DNA from: Acholeplasmataceae bacterium
GTDB taxonomy: Bacteria; Bacillota_I; Bacilli_A; ML615J-28; CAG-698
Length of the DNA stretch: 64,000 nt
Direction: 5' to 3'
NCBI GenBank assembly: GCA_012838705.1
Contig: DUOT01000015.1
Coordinates: 18,367 to 82,366 of the forward strand
Below the pieces are notes generated by a model. That model saw only the letters and a program-made list of their open reading frames with translations. It had not been told where the DNA came from and did not search any database. The position numbers were made by a program, and so were the translations under genes. Every line of letters starts with the position of its first letter. The first letter of the stretch is position 1. Of the stretch, positions 1 to 9,995 are shown piece by piece.

Positions 1-267
1 TACTTTATCAAGATATGGGCAATGAATGTATTTTCTTGTAATAGTTCCATAATTATATTCTAATTTACTTTGCATTTCATATACATCCATCTCGCAAGGC
101 TTTTTCCCTAAACAAGCATTACAAATGTCATTAGCAAGTTTTTGCTGATAAAAGACATTAATATATTTAAGAAATAGTTCTTCAGAAATTTTATGCTTTC
201 TAATGAAATTTACTATTTCCTTATCTTTCAATATTTCGTTTTTTATATTTTCAATTAATTTTTCCAT
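1..267 (-). CDS. dnaI: Primosomal/helicase-loader protein DnaI, N-terminal part; the gene runs off the window start
   Basis: Reverse-strand translation from the ATG at 265-267 gives MEKLIENIKNEILKDKEIVNFIRKHK...CNAC...KPCEM...IHCPY. This is a Cys-rich zinc-binding N-terminal domain like that of B. subtilis DnaI. It sits immediately downstream of the DnaB/DnaD-like gene, as in the Firmicute dnaB-dnaI arrangement. Confidence 0.55.
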   Translation of the reverse strand, partial: MEKLIENIKNEILKDKEIVNFIRKHKISEELFLKYINVFYQQKLANDICNACLGKKPCEMDVYEMQSKLEYNYGTITRKYIHCPYLDKV

Positions 268-268
268 C

Positions 269-1540
269 TCACTCCAACATTTCCTTTACAATATCTAACA
301 ATTCTTGTTTTTCAGTAGACTTCATTTGTTTTTCCTTTTCGAGACTGGCTTGAAGTTGTTTAGTATATTCATGATACCAATCTGGAATAGGTCTTTGCTT
401 TTTCGGATATACTCTAACTTGCTTTTGCGTTTCTTCCTTCTTTTTATTACGATTTTCAAGATATTTTAACACATCATATGGCGTTTTAATTTTTGCTCGT
501 GCCCATGTGTTTGCAATTTTATGAAAATAATTATACCCAGGTAATTCCCCATTCTTTTCATTGCTAACAATTAAAATCATCATATTAATTAATCCCGGTG
601 ATAGATGAGTTTCATTTATTAACTTTTCAAACATCGCAATTTCACTAACTGAAGGTTTAATTCCTGATATATTTTCTAAGACATCAGTTACTTCCATATT
701 TTCTACCAAATTAATAATCTTTTTCCATTCATCATCCGCATTACTAGCGATGAACATATCATCATGGGTTGTTTCTAGGGTTGGCTTATCAACTTGATAT
801 TTCTTTTGGAATACATAGCAAGCATTTTTTGAAATGCTAGCATATTCAAAGTCTTTATCAACCTCAATTGTTTTTACAATCACATCTTTCATTTCTTCTT
901 CAGAAAGTTTATATAAATAACTAATTCTTACAATACGATTTCGGAAATCATCATCATCAAGTAAATCTTCACTAAGAATATTTTCCGAAAGCAACTTAAA
1001 GAGCGGATAATTAAAATCTTGATTTTCTACTTTAATACCTGGTTTAACTAAGCCTTCTATTGTTTTTGTTACTGATTTTGTACTTGTTTGAAAAACTTCA
1101 TTAAAGTTTTTCGTAATATCTTGATAACCAACAATTTTTACACTTAATCTTTTTCTTAATTTGTCTACTTCAATTTCACCAATATGACTTGTTAAGTATT
1201 CTACTAATAATTCATTATCAAAAAATTCACGAAAAGAAAGTGGGGGATAAATTTCATATAAAAAACCTTTTTTACTTGAATGATATGATTTAATTAATCC
1301 TAGTCCTTCAAGTTTATAAAATGCTTTATTTAATGTATTAATATTTATGATATTTAAAGTATCAAGCAATTTCTTAAAAGTATACGTTTCATTATCATCT
1401 AACGATATTAACGCATGGTAGGTTGCGAAACTATCAATTCCCATTAACGGTAAATACAATGATGAAAGAGACAATATATCTTCACTATTTAAATATTGCC
1501 TGATCCTAACTTTAAAATTATCATAAACTAACTTCTCCAT
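269..1540 (-). CDS. dnaB: Firmicute replication initiation / membrane attachment protein DnaB (DnaD-like domains); not the replicative helicase
   Basis: A 423-aa ORF in the conserved position coaE - x - dnaB - dnaI. It has the DnaD/DnaB C-terminal DDBH2-like region (…YFHKIANTWARAKIKTPYDVLKYL…) and an acidic, Lys-rich C-terminus. Confidence 0.55.
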   Translation of the reverse strand: MEKLVYDNFKVRIRQYLNSEDILSLSSLYLPLMGIDSFATYHALISLDDNETYTFKKLLDTLNIININTLNKAFYKLEGLGLIKSYHSSKKGFLYEIYPPLSFREFFDNELLVEYLTSHIGEIEVDKLRKRLSVKIVGYQDITKNFNEVFQTSTKSVTKTIEGLVKPGIKVENQDFNYPLFKLLSENILSEDLLDDDDFRNRIVRISYLYKLSEEEMKDVIVKTIEVDKDFEYASISKNACYVFQKKYQVDKPTLETTHDDMFIASNADDEWKKIINLVENMEVTDVLENISGIKPSVSEIAMFEKLINETHLSPGLINMMILIVSNEKNGELPGYNYFHKIANTWARAKIKTPYDVLKYLENRNKKKEETQKQVRVYPKKQRPIPDWYHEYTKQLQASLEKEKQMKSTEKQELLDIVKEMLE

Positions 1541-1556
1541 CGATAATACTCCTATT

Positions 1557-1922
1557 CTAGCGATATAAACCTATCCCCTTAAACGGTAAAAGATTATCAA
1601 GTTCTTTATATAATCTTTCAATTATTTTAATACCTTTACCAAAAGGTAACATAAAAAATGTTAAGATTTTAAAATCAACAGCAGTTTCTCCAAAACTTGG
1701 ACTAACCATTGTTGCTGTAACTGTATATTTTGATGTTTCAAATATAATTTCATAACGTTCTTCATCAATATATTTAATAACAGCTTTTTCCTTTTTAGCA
1801 AGTTCTAAAACTGCATTCATCGCATTTTCAATGCGACAGCGATAATAATGACTTCTTAAACTTTCAATATGATGATTATCTCTAGTTTCAAAGTCGTTTG
1901 CGAAATAGTCTCTAAATTTCAT
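1557..1922 (-). CDS. hypothetical protein (121 aa) between coaE and dnaB
   Basis: The ORF overlaps the coaE start by 11 nt and is co-directional with it. It has no CxxC zinc-ribbon at the N-terminus, so it is not NrdR, which occupies this slot in B. subtilis. Confidence 0.35.
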   Translation of the reverse strand: MKFRDYFANDFETRDNHHIESLRSHYYRCRIENAMNAVLELAKKEKAVIKYIDEERYEIIFETSKYTVTATMVSPSFGETAVDFKILTFFMLPFGKGIKIIERLYKELDNLLPFKGIGLYR

Positions 1923-2508
1923 GTTTTAACTCCCGTAAAAAGTTTTCTACTTGCTCTTCAGTACTTTGTTTAGTTCCCTCATTATTAATAATGAAATCAG
2001 CTCTTTGGAACTTTTCTTTTAATGGAATTTGTGAATCAATTTTTGTAACCGCATAATCCCAAATAATTTTATCGCGGTCCATTAAACGTTCAATTTGTGT
2101 TTGTCTTTCTACATACACAACAACAATTTTATCCATCATATCTTCCATCTTTGCTTCATAAAGTAAAGGAACATCAACAAAGACAAGATCTTCATCACGG
2201 TGCTTTTTAAGTTCTTTATTAATTGCTTTTCGTACTTTTGGATGTATAATAGCATTTAATTTTTTTTGTAGTTTTTTATCATAATAAATAATTTTTCCTA
2301 AAGCATCGCGATCTACTTTACCATTCACGATAACTTCTTCTCCAAAAGTTTCAGCAATCTTTGAAACAATTTTGGGTTTTTCTAATAAATCATGAGCGAT
2401 ACGATCTGCTTCAATAACAGTATAATTTTTTGATTTTATAAAATTTGATACTAACGTTTTACCGGAAGCTATTCCGCCTGTTATTCCAATTACTTTCATA
2501 GTTTTCAC
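1912..2508 (-). CDS. coaE: dephospho-CoA kinase
   Basis: It has the P-loop GITGGIASGKT at the N-terminus and is about 198 aa. Its position downstream of mutM matches Bacilli (polA-mutM-…-coaE). Confidence 0.85.
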   Translation of the reverse strand: MKTMKVIGITGGIASGKTLVSNFIKSKNYTVIEADRIAHDLLEKPKIVSKIAETFGEEVIVNGKVDRDALGKIIYYDKKLQKKLNAIIHPKVRKAINKELKKHRDEDLVFVDVPLLYEAKMEDMMDKIVVVYVERQTQIERLMDRDKIIWDYAVTKIDSQIPLKEKFQRADFIINNEGTKQSTEEQVENFLRELKHEI

Positions 2509-2509
2509 C

Positions 2510-3328
2510 TTACCTTAGTGGTTGGCAATCAGGACAATAATATGTTCCTCGAGAGCCAACATAAATTTTCGCTACTTCCTTTCTACAATTTGGACATGTT
2601 TTTTTCGTATGTATTAAAAGTTCATTTTGGAATCTTCCCGAAATGTCATGACTACTAACAAAACTTCTTATTGTTGTTCCGCCAAGGCTAATTGCTTTTT
2701 TTAATACTTTCCGAGATGCATTTAATATTTTTTCTACATCTTCCCTTGAAAGTTTGTTGGTTTGCGTGAGTGGATTTATACGCGTACTATATAATACTTC
2801 ATCAGCATAAATATTACCCAAACCAGCAATAATTTTCTGATCAAGCAAAGTAGTCTTAATCGGTTTTTTCATTTTCTGAAATTTATTATATAAATTATCG
2901 ATTGTTAAACGATTATCAAATGGTTCATACCCGACATTTTTTAATGGTAATTCATCAAAGATATTAATATTCTTTTGATATAAATGCATTGTTCCGAATT
3001 TTCTCGTATCATGATAACGCATATTAAAATCATCAAAAGTAAAAATTATGTGTTCATGTTTATTTATTTCTTCTTCATTTTTTATTAAATATTTACCTTC
3101 CATTCGCAAATGAGAAATTAAATAATAATCATTTAAATGAAAAATTAAATACTTCCCATGACGATCAATATCTAAAAATGTTTGTCCTACTAAAGATGAA
3201 ATAAAATTCTCTTCTGAAACATTTTTTATTATTTTATTATAATTAATAGAAATAGATCTAATCGTTTGATTTAATATAATTTCTTTTAAGCTATTTCTAA
3301 CAGTTTCAACTTCTGGTAATTCGGGCAT
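2510..3328 (-). CDS. mutM: formamidopyrimidine-DNA glycosylase (Fpg/MutM)
   Basis: The N-terminus MPELPEVETV carries the catalytic Pro2/Glu3 signature. A C-terminal zinc finger is present (CPNC…CPDC). It is 272 aa. Confidence 0.9.
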   Translation of the reverse strand: MPELPEVETVRNSLKEIILNQTIRSISINYNKIIKNVSEENFISSLVGQTFLDIDRHGKYLIFHLNDYYLISHLRMEGKYLIKNEEEINKHEHIIFTFDDFNMRYHDTRKFGTMHLYQKNINIFDELPLKNVGYEPFDNRLTIDNLYNKFQKMKKPIKTTLLDQKIIAGLGNIYADEVLYSTRINPLTQTNKLSREDVEKILNASRKVLKKAISLGGTTIRSFVSSHDISGRFQNELLIHTKKTCPNCRKEVAKIYVGSRGTYYCPDCQPLR

Positions 3329-3330
3329 AT

Positions 3331-3840
3331 TTAAATCTTCTCGTAAAATACTCTAGATTGATCATAACGATCAACAAAATGATTAGCATCTTCTTTTTCT
3401 GGATAACCTAAAGCAATCATTGAATATAATTCATATTCCTCAGGTACATTACAAATCCTTCTGCAGTTTTCAACTTTTGTTTTCGTTTTATTATCTGCAG
3501 AATACAAACCTATCCATACTCCACCTAAACCTAAGTGTGCTGTTTCAAGTAACATATTTTGCATTGCTGCACCCATATCACTTGCAACCATTCCAGGAGA
3601 TACTAAATTTTCATTTTTATAAAGTAGAAGAATAGCACATTTTGCTTTTGGTAATACACGTGACACTGCTTCTAATTCTTTCATTTTTTGCTCGTCTTTA
3701 ATAACAAGAAAATACCAAGGACGTTGATTATTGGCACTAGGTGCTTGCATTCCAGCTTTAAGTAACATTTCAATCTTTTCATCCTCAACAGGTAAATCTT
3801 TAAATTCTCTTACGCTTCTTCTTTTAAAAATAATATCCAT
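3331..3840 (-). CDS. nitroreductase-family flavoprotein
   Basis: FKRRSVREF…PSANNQRPWYFLVI is the typical NADH/FMN nitroreductase-fold N-terminus. It is 169 aa. Confidence 0.7.
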   Translation of the reverse strand: MDIIFKRRSVREFKDLPVEDEKIEMLLKAGMQAPSANNQRPWYFLVIKDEQKMKELEAVSRVLPKAKCAILLLYKNENLVSPGMVASDMGAAMQNMLLETAHLGLGGVWIGLYSADNKTKTKVENCRRICNVPEEYELYSMIALGYPEKEDANHFVDRYDQSRVFYEKI

Positions 3841-3886
3841 TAATTAATCACCACCCTTATAATTATATCAAAAATTATTAGGTTTG

Positions 3887-6481
3887 TTAAGAATTTAACC
3901 AATTATCTCCCCAACTAATTTGCGCAATCAGAGGGACTTTTAACTTGATTACATTTTCCATACTTGACTTAACAATCTCTTTTACTTCTTCAAGTTCATC
4001 TGGATGACAATCAAAAAGTAATTCATCATGAACTTGAGCAATCATTTTTGATTTCAAACCTTTCATTTTATCAAAAATTATAACCATTGCATGTTTAATA
4101 ATATCTGCTGCACTACCTTGAATTGGTGAATTCATTGCTGTTCTTTCACCAAAAGATACTAAAGCTTTATTGGAACTATTTAATTCCGGAATATAACGTC
4201 TACGATTATAAATCGTTTTTGTATAACCATCTTTCTTAGCACTACTTACAGCATCATCTAAATACTTTTTAACTCCACTAAAAGTTGCAAAATATTTATT
4301 GATATAATTTTCTGCATCCTGAGGTGTTACTTTTATTGCTTCACTTAACCCCCAAGCACTCATTCCATATATAATTCCAAAATTAATAGCTTTTGCTGTC
4401 CTTCGCATCTCAGGGGTAACACTTTCTGTATCATATATTCTTTGCGCTGTTTGCGTATGGAAATCAACATCATGACTAAACATTTCAATCATGTTTTGAT
4501 CTTCTGATATATGGGCAAGTACTCGTAATTCAATTTGCGAATAGTCGCAACTTAATATTTTCCCATCTTTAAATCTTGAAATAAATGCTTTCCTTATTAC
4601 TTGCCCTAATTCAGTTCTTATCGGCATATTTTGAATATTAGGTTCAACACTAGATAGTCTACCTGTTGCTGTCAATGCTTGTTTATATAAAGGATGAACA
4701 AAGTTCTCACCACTTAAAACTTCTAAAAGTCCATGTAGGTATGTTGAAATGAGTTTTGATATTCCCCTGTAATCTAATACTAATCTACATATTTCATATT
4801 GTGATAATTTTTCTAAAACATCAGAACTTGTGCTATATCCTGTTTTTGTCCTTTTACCAGCAGGAATTCCTAACTTCACAAACAAAATTTCGCCTAATTG
4901 CTTAACAGAATTAATATTGAACTTTTCTCCTGCAAGTTCATAAATTCTATTTGCAATTTTTTCTTGCTCAGCAACAAATTCTACTTCAACTTCTTCAAGT
5001 TGTTTACGGTCAACTTTAAGACCTGTAATTTCCATATCCCCTAAAACTTTTGAAAGCTTTAACTCAATTTTTAATAATCTTTCCTGATTATTTTCTCTAA
5101 TTCCACTTTTTAATATCGGTAGTAGCTTTTTCATCATTATACATTTGTCAATTGCATGTTTTGCATAGACATTTATTTCTGGAATTTTTGCTTTTGTATT
5201 TGCTCCATAAATTGCATCATCATAATTTAAATTATTTTGAGTTATATTATCTGCTACCTTTTTCAAATCATCAAAAGCAAAACTAGGATTAATTAAATAT
5301 GCGGCAAGCAAAATATCAAAGACAACTGAATTTATTTCGATATTATTAGCTTTTAAAACAACATATAATTTTTTATAGTCAAATGTTACTTTTTCTTTTT
5401 CACTTGCAAGATATTCATGTAAATATTTATTTTTTAATACTATTTCTTTCGGAACAAATAAATACTCTTTATCATTTATTATTCCAAGACCTAAAAATTC
5501 ACCTTTAAGATAATTTGATCCAAATACTTCAATATCAATAAAGGTATTCGTAAGTTTTGTAAAGTCATAATTAGTATCATCAATAATTTTATAATCGTAA
5601 GTATTTTCATTTATTTTACTTTCAAATTTATTTAAAAATGATGAAAATTCTAGTTCAGTAAATAGTTGACGCAGTTTTTCCACATCCGGTTCTTGTACTT
5701 TCAAATCATCTAAAGTAAAGTCAAATTTTATATCATCAACAAGCGTTGCAAGATATTTCGTTTTTTGAGCTATTTTATAGTCTTTTTCAATTAATGTTCC
5801 TACTTTCCCCGGAATCAAACTAACATTACTAATTATATTTTCTAACGATTTAAATTGCGATAATAATTTAATCGCAGTCTTATCTCCAACTCCTTTAACT
5901 CCTGATAAATTATCTGAAGCATCACCAACTAACCCCTTATAATCAGGAACTTGATGAGGATAAATATTCATTTTCTCATAAAAGTTTTCTTCATTATATT
6001 CATCTAATAATGAATAACCTTTTTTAGTTATAAAAACTTTTATATTGCCACGAACTAGTTGTAATAAATCTTTATCACCAGTTACAATTTTAATTTCATC
6101 AAAATTTTCTTTTTCTGCTAAGCGAGCTACACTTGCAATTAAATCATCTGCTTCATAATTTTCTGTTTCATACCATTTAATATTCATATAATCAATATAT
6201 TTTCTTATATAAGGAAATTGCATTGCAAGTTCTTCAGGAAGTTTTTTACGTGTCCCTTTATATTCCTCATATTCTTGATGACGAAATGTTTCTTTTCCCA
6301 TATCAAATGCAACAAAAATATGAGACTTTTCTTCTTCAATTAATTTTTCTAAAATCATACAAAAGCCATAAATTGCATTTGTATATAGACCATGTTGATT
6401 TCTCATCAATTGTCCATATGAAGTTGCATAGTAGGCACGAAATACTAAACTATTTCCATCGATTAATATTATTTTTTTCAT
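3887..6481 (-). CDS. polA: DNA polymerase I (5'-3' exonuclease + 3'-5' exo-like + polymerase domains)
   Basis: The 864-aa ORF has a 5'-nuclease N-terminus (…LIDGNSLVFRAYYA…), polymerase motif A (…LSCDYSQIELRVLAHIS…) and motif C (…QVHDELLFD…). Confidence 0.95.
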   Translation of the reverse strand: MKKIILIDGNSLVFRAYYATSYGQLMRNQHGLYTNAIYGFCMILEKLIEEEKSHIFVAFDMGKETFRHQEYEEYKGTRKKLPEELAMQFPYIRKYIDYMNIKWYETENYEADDLIASVARLAEKENFDEIKIVTGDKDLLQLVRGNIKVFITKKGYSLLDEYNEENFYEKMNIYPHQVPDYKGLVGDASDNLSGVKGVGDKTAIKLLSQFKSLENIISNVSLIPGKVGTLIEKDYKIAQKTKYLATLVDDIKFDFTLDDLKVQEPDVEKLRQLFTELEFSSFLNKFESKINENTYDYKIIDDTNYDFTKLTNTFIDIEVFGSNYLKGEFLGLGIINDKEYLFVPKEIVLKNKYLHEYLASEKEKVTFDYKKLYVVLKANNIEINSVVFDILLAAYLINPSFAFDDLKKVADNITQNNLNYDDAIYGANTKAKIPEINVYAKHAIDKCIMMKKLLPILKSGIRENNQERLLKIELKLSKVLGDMEITGLKVDRKQLEEVEVEFVAEQEKIANRIYELAGEKFNINSVKQLGEILFVKLGIPAGKRTKTGYSTSSDVLEKLSQYEICRLVLDYRGISKLISTYLHGLLEVLSGENFVHPLYKQALTATGRLSSVEPNIQNMPIRTELGQVIRKAFISRFKDGKILSCDYSQIELRVLAHISEDQNMIEMFSHDVDFHTQTAQRIYDTESVTPEMRRTAKAINFGIIYGMSAWGLSEAIKVTPQDAENYINKYFATFSGVKKYLDDAVSSAKKDGYTKTIYNRRRYIPELNSSNKALVSFGERTAMNSPIQGSAADIIKHAMVIIFDKMKGLKSKMIAQVHDELLFDCHPDELEEVKEIVKSSMENVIKLKVPLIAQISWGDNWLNS

Positions 6482-6558
6482 AATGTCACCTTAATTTATT
6501 TTAACACAAAATTACTAAAAAAGACATATATATTTTTCTTTTTACAAATACTATTATC

Positions 6559-7350
6559 ATGAAGAAATTAATTATCTTTCTAATATTTTGTTTTATTATA
6601 TTAATAATAGGAAGTAATAAGCAAAATAGTCTCGATACATTTTTAAAGAAAAACAACCTTTCCTATGAAGATGTATATCCTTATTTAAACTATTCAGGGT
6701 TTTCTCTAGATGACTATTTTGAAATCGAAACAATAAGAGAAAAAAATAATTATACTCATTTAATGGCATTAAATAAATTTAAATATCAAAAAGAATCACC
6801 TGCAATATTTGCTAATACTAATTTAATATTAGTTAATAAACTTTTTTATGTTGATAAAACTTATATACCAGAAGGACTCGTTAATCCAAAAATATATGGT
6901 GCAAATGTTGCAAATAAAGATGTGTTACTTCCCAAAGAAGTTGTATTTTCTTTTCTTGAAATGGTCAATGATTTAAATCTTTATAACCTTTATATCTTTT
7001 CTGGTTATAGAACATATGAAAAGCAAGTAGCACTTTATAATTATTACAAAGATGATAATTATAGTGCTAAACCAGGGTTTTCAGAACATCATACTGGACT
7101 AGCAATCGATATCTCTACTTTAGATACAGGACTTACTGACTTTTTCGCAAGTACCCCTGAATATCAAATTTTAATAAAAAACTGTTATAAATACGGTTTT
7201 ATTCTAAGATATCCAGAAGGAAAAGAAAGTGAAACAGGATACTTTTATGAACCATGGCACTTCCGATATGTCGGAATAAAGCATGCAACTTATATTATGA
7301 AAAATAATTTAACACTTGAAAGGTATCTATTTGAAAACTTTGAATTTTAA
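6559..7350 (+). CDS. membrane-anchored D-alanyl-D-alanine carboxypeptidase, peptidase M15B (VanY-like)
   Basis: It has an N-terminal TM/signal segment. The zinc-ligand motifs SEHHTGLAIDI and EPWHFRYVG are the VanY/M15 signatures. Confidence 0.8.
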   Translation: MKKLIIFLIFCFIILIIGSNKQNSLDTFLKKNNLSYEDVYPYLNYSGFSLDDYFEIETIREKNNYTHLMALNKFKYQKESPAIFANTNLILVNKLFYVDKTYIPEGLVNPKIYGANVANKDVLLPKEVVFSFLEMVNDLNLYNLYIFSGYRTYEKQVALYNYYKDDNYSAKPGFSEHHTGLAIDISTLDTGLTDFFASTPEYQILIKNCYKYGFILRYPEGKESETGYFYEPWHFRYVGIKHATYIMKNNLTLERYLFENFEF

Positions 7351-7402
7351 TCACAAAATCACTAAATTCTCATAAATATAATATTGAAAGGAGAAGTATA
7401 TT

Positions 7403-7642
7403 ATGAACAGCAACATTTATGATATTCATCCAAGTCAATCTTGGGTACGTCATGACGATGGTCAAAGATTAATTCCGTTTTTAACTGGTGCAGTTGTTTC
7501 CGCTCCATTCTGGTGGGCTACTCGTCCTCCTGTACCGTTCCCTTATCCGTTTCCACTTCCTTATCCATATCCAATCTTTCCACGATTCCCTCGTCGATTT
7601 TATGGAAGAAGACCATTTAGACCATATAGACCATTCTACTAA
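7403..7642 (+). CDS. small basic Pro/Tyr/Phe-rich protein (79 aa), possibly a spore-coat-type protein
   Basis: It has a strong RBS (AAAGGAGAAG, 11 nt upstream of the ATG) and its own terminator. The C-terminal half is low-complexity: PVPFPYPFPLPYPYPIFPRFPRRFYGRRPFRPYRPFY. Confidence 0.5.
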   Translation: MNSNIYDIHPSQSWVRHDDGQRLIPFLTGAVVSAPFWWATRPPVPFPYPFPLPYPYPIFPRFPRRFYGRRPFRPYRPFY

Positions 7643-7672
7643 AAAACATCACGATTATCGTGATGTTTTTTT
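7643..7672. terminator. bidirectional intrinsic terminator shared by the small P/Y-rich gene (+) and feoB (-)
   Basis: The stem is CATCACGA-TTA-TCGTGATG (7647-7665), with an A6 run 5' and a T7 run 3'. The feoB stop codon (TTA on plus = TAA on minus) is the hairpin loop. Confidence 0.8.
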
Positions 7673-9754
7673 ATAATCATTACAACTTTCATGACATGAA
7701 TTGCATCCCTTTGGACAGCCTTTAGTTTTAATAGATTTTCCTATTGCAAGTAATATTAATATAACTAGTCCAATCGAAATTAATATTGTTGGCCAATTAT
7801 TTACTTTTATAATAAGTAAACCAATTAAATACACAATTAAAGATACAACATATGCTGTCCCTGTTTGAAATAAAATTGTAAGTGTCGTTTCTTTCCATGA
7901 ACCTAATTCTTTTTTAGTTGCACCAATAGCAGCAAGACACGGAGAAGCAAGTAAAATAAATGTCATAAATGCATAACCACTAATAGGAGTAAAGATTTCT
8001 TGTACTAATACAGTAGCTTCTCCACCTAATATTCCAAAAGTTGCAACGACATTTTCCTTAGCAACAATCCCAGTAAGAATAGCAACTGTAGCTTGCCAAT
8101 TTCCAAATCCTAAAGGCACGAATATCGGTGCAATAAATTTTCCAATCGATCCAAGGATACTATCCTCAGGATTTACAGATTGTAATGTCCAAGAGTATGA
8201 TTGCATAAACCATATTATTGCACTAGCAACAAAAATAATTGTTCCTGCTTTGACTATAAATGCTTTAATTCTATCCCAAACAATTATCACAATATTTTTT
8301 ATGCTCGGTAAACGATAATCTGGTAATTCTAAAATAAATGGACTTTCAGAACTACGGAAATATTTTAATTTCTTTAGAATTATTCCTGCAATGATTACAA
8401 TAACAATTCCTAATAAATACATAGATACTGAAGCAAGCGGACCAAAGAACACTCCTATAAATAATGCAAAGACAGGAAGTTTAGCGCCACAAGGAATAAA
8501 TGGCGTCAACATAATTGTCATTTTTCGATCACGTTCATTTTCAATCGTTCTTGTTGCCATTATTCCCGGAACAGTACATCCAGTACCAATTAACATTGGG
8601 ATAAATGATTTTCCACTTAATCCAAATTTACGGAAAATATTATCCATAATAAAAGCAATCCGTGCCATATATCCACTATCTTCAAGAAGTGTTAATAGTA
8701 AAAAGAGAATAAACATTTGCGGTATAAATGTTAGAACTGCACCAACCCCACCAATAATTCCATCAACTATCAACCCTTGGAGCCAACTAGCAACATTTAT
8801 ACTTGCAAGCACTTCTCCCACTTTTGTTCCAATTATGTCAAATAATTCTTCCATAAATACAGTCGCAAGATCACCAATTGAAACAATCGAAATATAATAA
8901 ATAATAAACATTACAAAAAGAAAAATCGGGAGAGCTAAAAATTTATTCATCACAATATTATCTATTTTATCAGTAAAGCTTTCACGATACCCTTTGTTAT
9001 CAACGCACTTTTCTACAATTCTTTCGATAATTCTATAACGGTCTTCCACAATCGCCGATTGACTGTCGGTTTTTGTTTCCTTCTCATATATAGTAATTAT
9101 TTCATTTATTTTTTCAGAAAATGCATTATATTCTTCTAAATAAATTTTATCCTTATCAAGTAGTTTTAACGCTAGAAACTGATTATCTTCATCTATACAA
9201 TTTTTAGTTCTCTCTATTGCTTTCATTGTTGAGAGTGTATAAGGAAATATTGTTGCTTTACGTTTTGTATTTATTTCTTTTAATAACACATTTTTAAGTT
9301 CGTCTAAACCTTCGTTTTTTAATGCTGATAATAAAACAACAGGGCAACCAAGTTCCTTACTTAATTTTTCAGTATCAATTTTAATACCACGTTTATTAAC
9401 AACATCTAGTAAGTTTAATGCAACAATAACGGGTTTATCTATTTCAAGAACTTGAGTTGTTAGATAGAGATTCCTTTCGATATTTGTTGCATCAACAATA
9501 TTTATAATTAAATCAACATCATTATCTAGTAAATAATTTCTTGTAATAACTTCTTCTAAACTATAAGGGGATAATGAGTATATCCCTGGTAAATCTGTTA
9601 CAATTATATCTTGTAAATCTTTGATTCGGCCTTCTTTTTTCTCTACTGTAACTCCAGGCCAATTTCCAACATATTGATTGTTTCCTGTTAGTTGGTTAAA
9701 AAGGGTTGTTTTACCTGAATTCGGATTACCAACTAATGCTACTTTTTTGATCAT
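7655..9754 (-). CDS. feoB: ferrous iron transporter FeoB
   Basis: The N-terminal G-protein domain VALVGNPNSGKTTLFNQLTG is followed by a polytopic membrane domain. The C-terminal tail is Cys-rich: CPKGCNSCHESC. Confidence 0.95.
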   Translation of the reverse strand: MIKKVALVGNPNSGKTTLFNQLTGNNQYVGNWPGVTVEKKEGRIKDLQDIIVTDLPGIYSLSPYSLEEVITRNYLLDNDVDLIINIVDATNIERNLYLTTQVLEIDKPVIVALNLLDVVNKRGIKIDTEKLSKELGCPVVLLSALKNEGLDELKNVLLKEINTKRKATIFPYTLSTMKAIERTKNCIDEDNQFLALKLLDKDKIYLEEYNAFSEKINEIITIYEKETKTDSQSAIVEDRYRIIERIVEKCVDNKGYRESFTDKIDNIVMNKFLALPIFLFVMFIIYYISIVSIGDLATVFMEELFDIIGTKVGEVLASINVASWLQGLIVDGIIGGVGAVLTFIPQMFILFLLLTLLEDSGYMARIAFIMDNIFRKFGLSGKSFIPMLIGTGCTVPGIMATRTIENERDRKMTIMLTPFIPCGAKLPVFALFIGVFFGPLASVSMYLLGIVIVIIAGIILKKLKYFRSSESPFILELPDYRLPSIKNIVIIVWDRIKAFIVKAGTIIFVASAIIWFMQSYSWTLQSVNPEDSILGSIGKFIAPIFVPLGFGNWQATVAILTGIVAKENVVATFGILGGEATVLVQEIFTPISGYAFMTFILLASPCLAAIGATKKELGSWKETTLTILFQTGTAYVVSLIVYLIGLLIIKVNNWPTILISIGLVILILLAIGKSIKTKGCPKGCNSCHESCNDYKKTSR

Positions 9755-9773
9755 AAAATCCCCTATTCCATTT

Positions 9774-9995
9774 TTATTCTAGAATTATATTTTCTGCTTC
9801 TTTTTTTCTTATTGATAATTTGTAACCACGAACACAAATTTCGATCGGATCACCAAAAGGAGCAATTCTTTTTACTTCAATAGTAGTACCTTTAGTTATT
9901 CCCATATCCATAATACGGCGACGTAATGGACCTTTACAATTTATGCAATTTACTTTACCTCTTTCACCGCAACGCAATCGATGTAAACTTCTCAT
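9774..9995 (-). CDS. feoA: FeoA family iron transport protein
   Basis: A 73-aa SH3-like FeoA (…GITKGTTIEVKRIAPFGDPIEI…) lies immediately upstream of feoB. Confidence 0.85.
   Translation of the reverse strand: MRSLHRLRCGERGKVNCINCKGPLRRRIMDMGITKGTTIEVKRIAPFGDPIEICVRGYKLSIRKKEAENIILE

Noticed and set aside
1557-1922. Possibility that the 121-aa gene is NrdR, which occupies this slot in B. subtilis
   Set aside because: It has no N-terminal CxxC…CxxC zinc ribbon or ATP-cone motifs. It is left as hypothetical.
7488-7676. 62-aa ORF overlapping the small P/Y-rich gene in another frame
   Set aside because: It is out of frame with the RBS-supported ORF and runs through the terminator hairpin. It is spurious.
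8391-8897. 168-aa plus-strand ORF inside feoB. There are many similar antisense ORFs in the track (3420-3635, 6223-6483, 11765-12004, 12091-12327, 12324-12707, 20725-21057, 21690-21884, 22281-22725, 23766-23993, 24158-24829, 25094-25342, 26216-26443, 31459-31692, 33198-33437, 35041-35223, 36065-36271, 38414-38617, 39753-40016, 43474-43668, 44088-44330, 45880-46185, 47754-48050, 50376-50573, 53838-54101, 57146-57394, 61612-61815).
   Set aside because: All lie antisense to, or nested within, long well-supported genes. They have low-complexity composition typical of AT-rich antisense frames, no RBS, and no recognisable domains.
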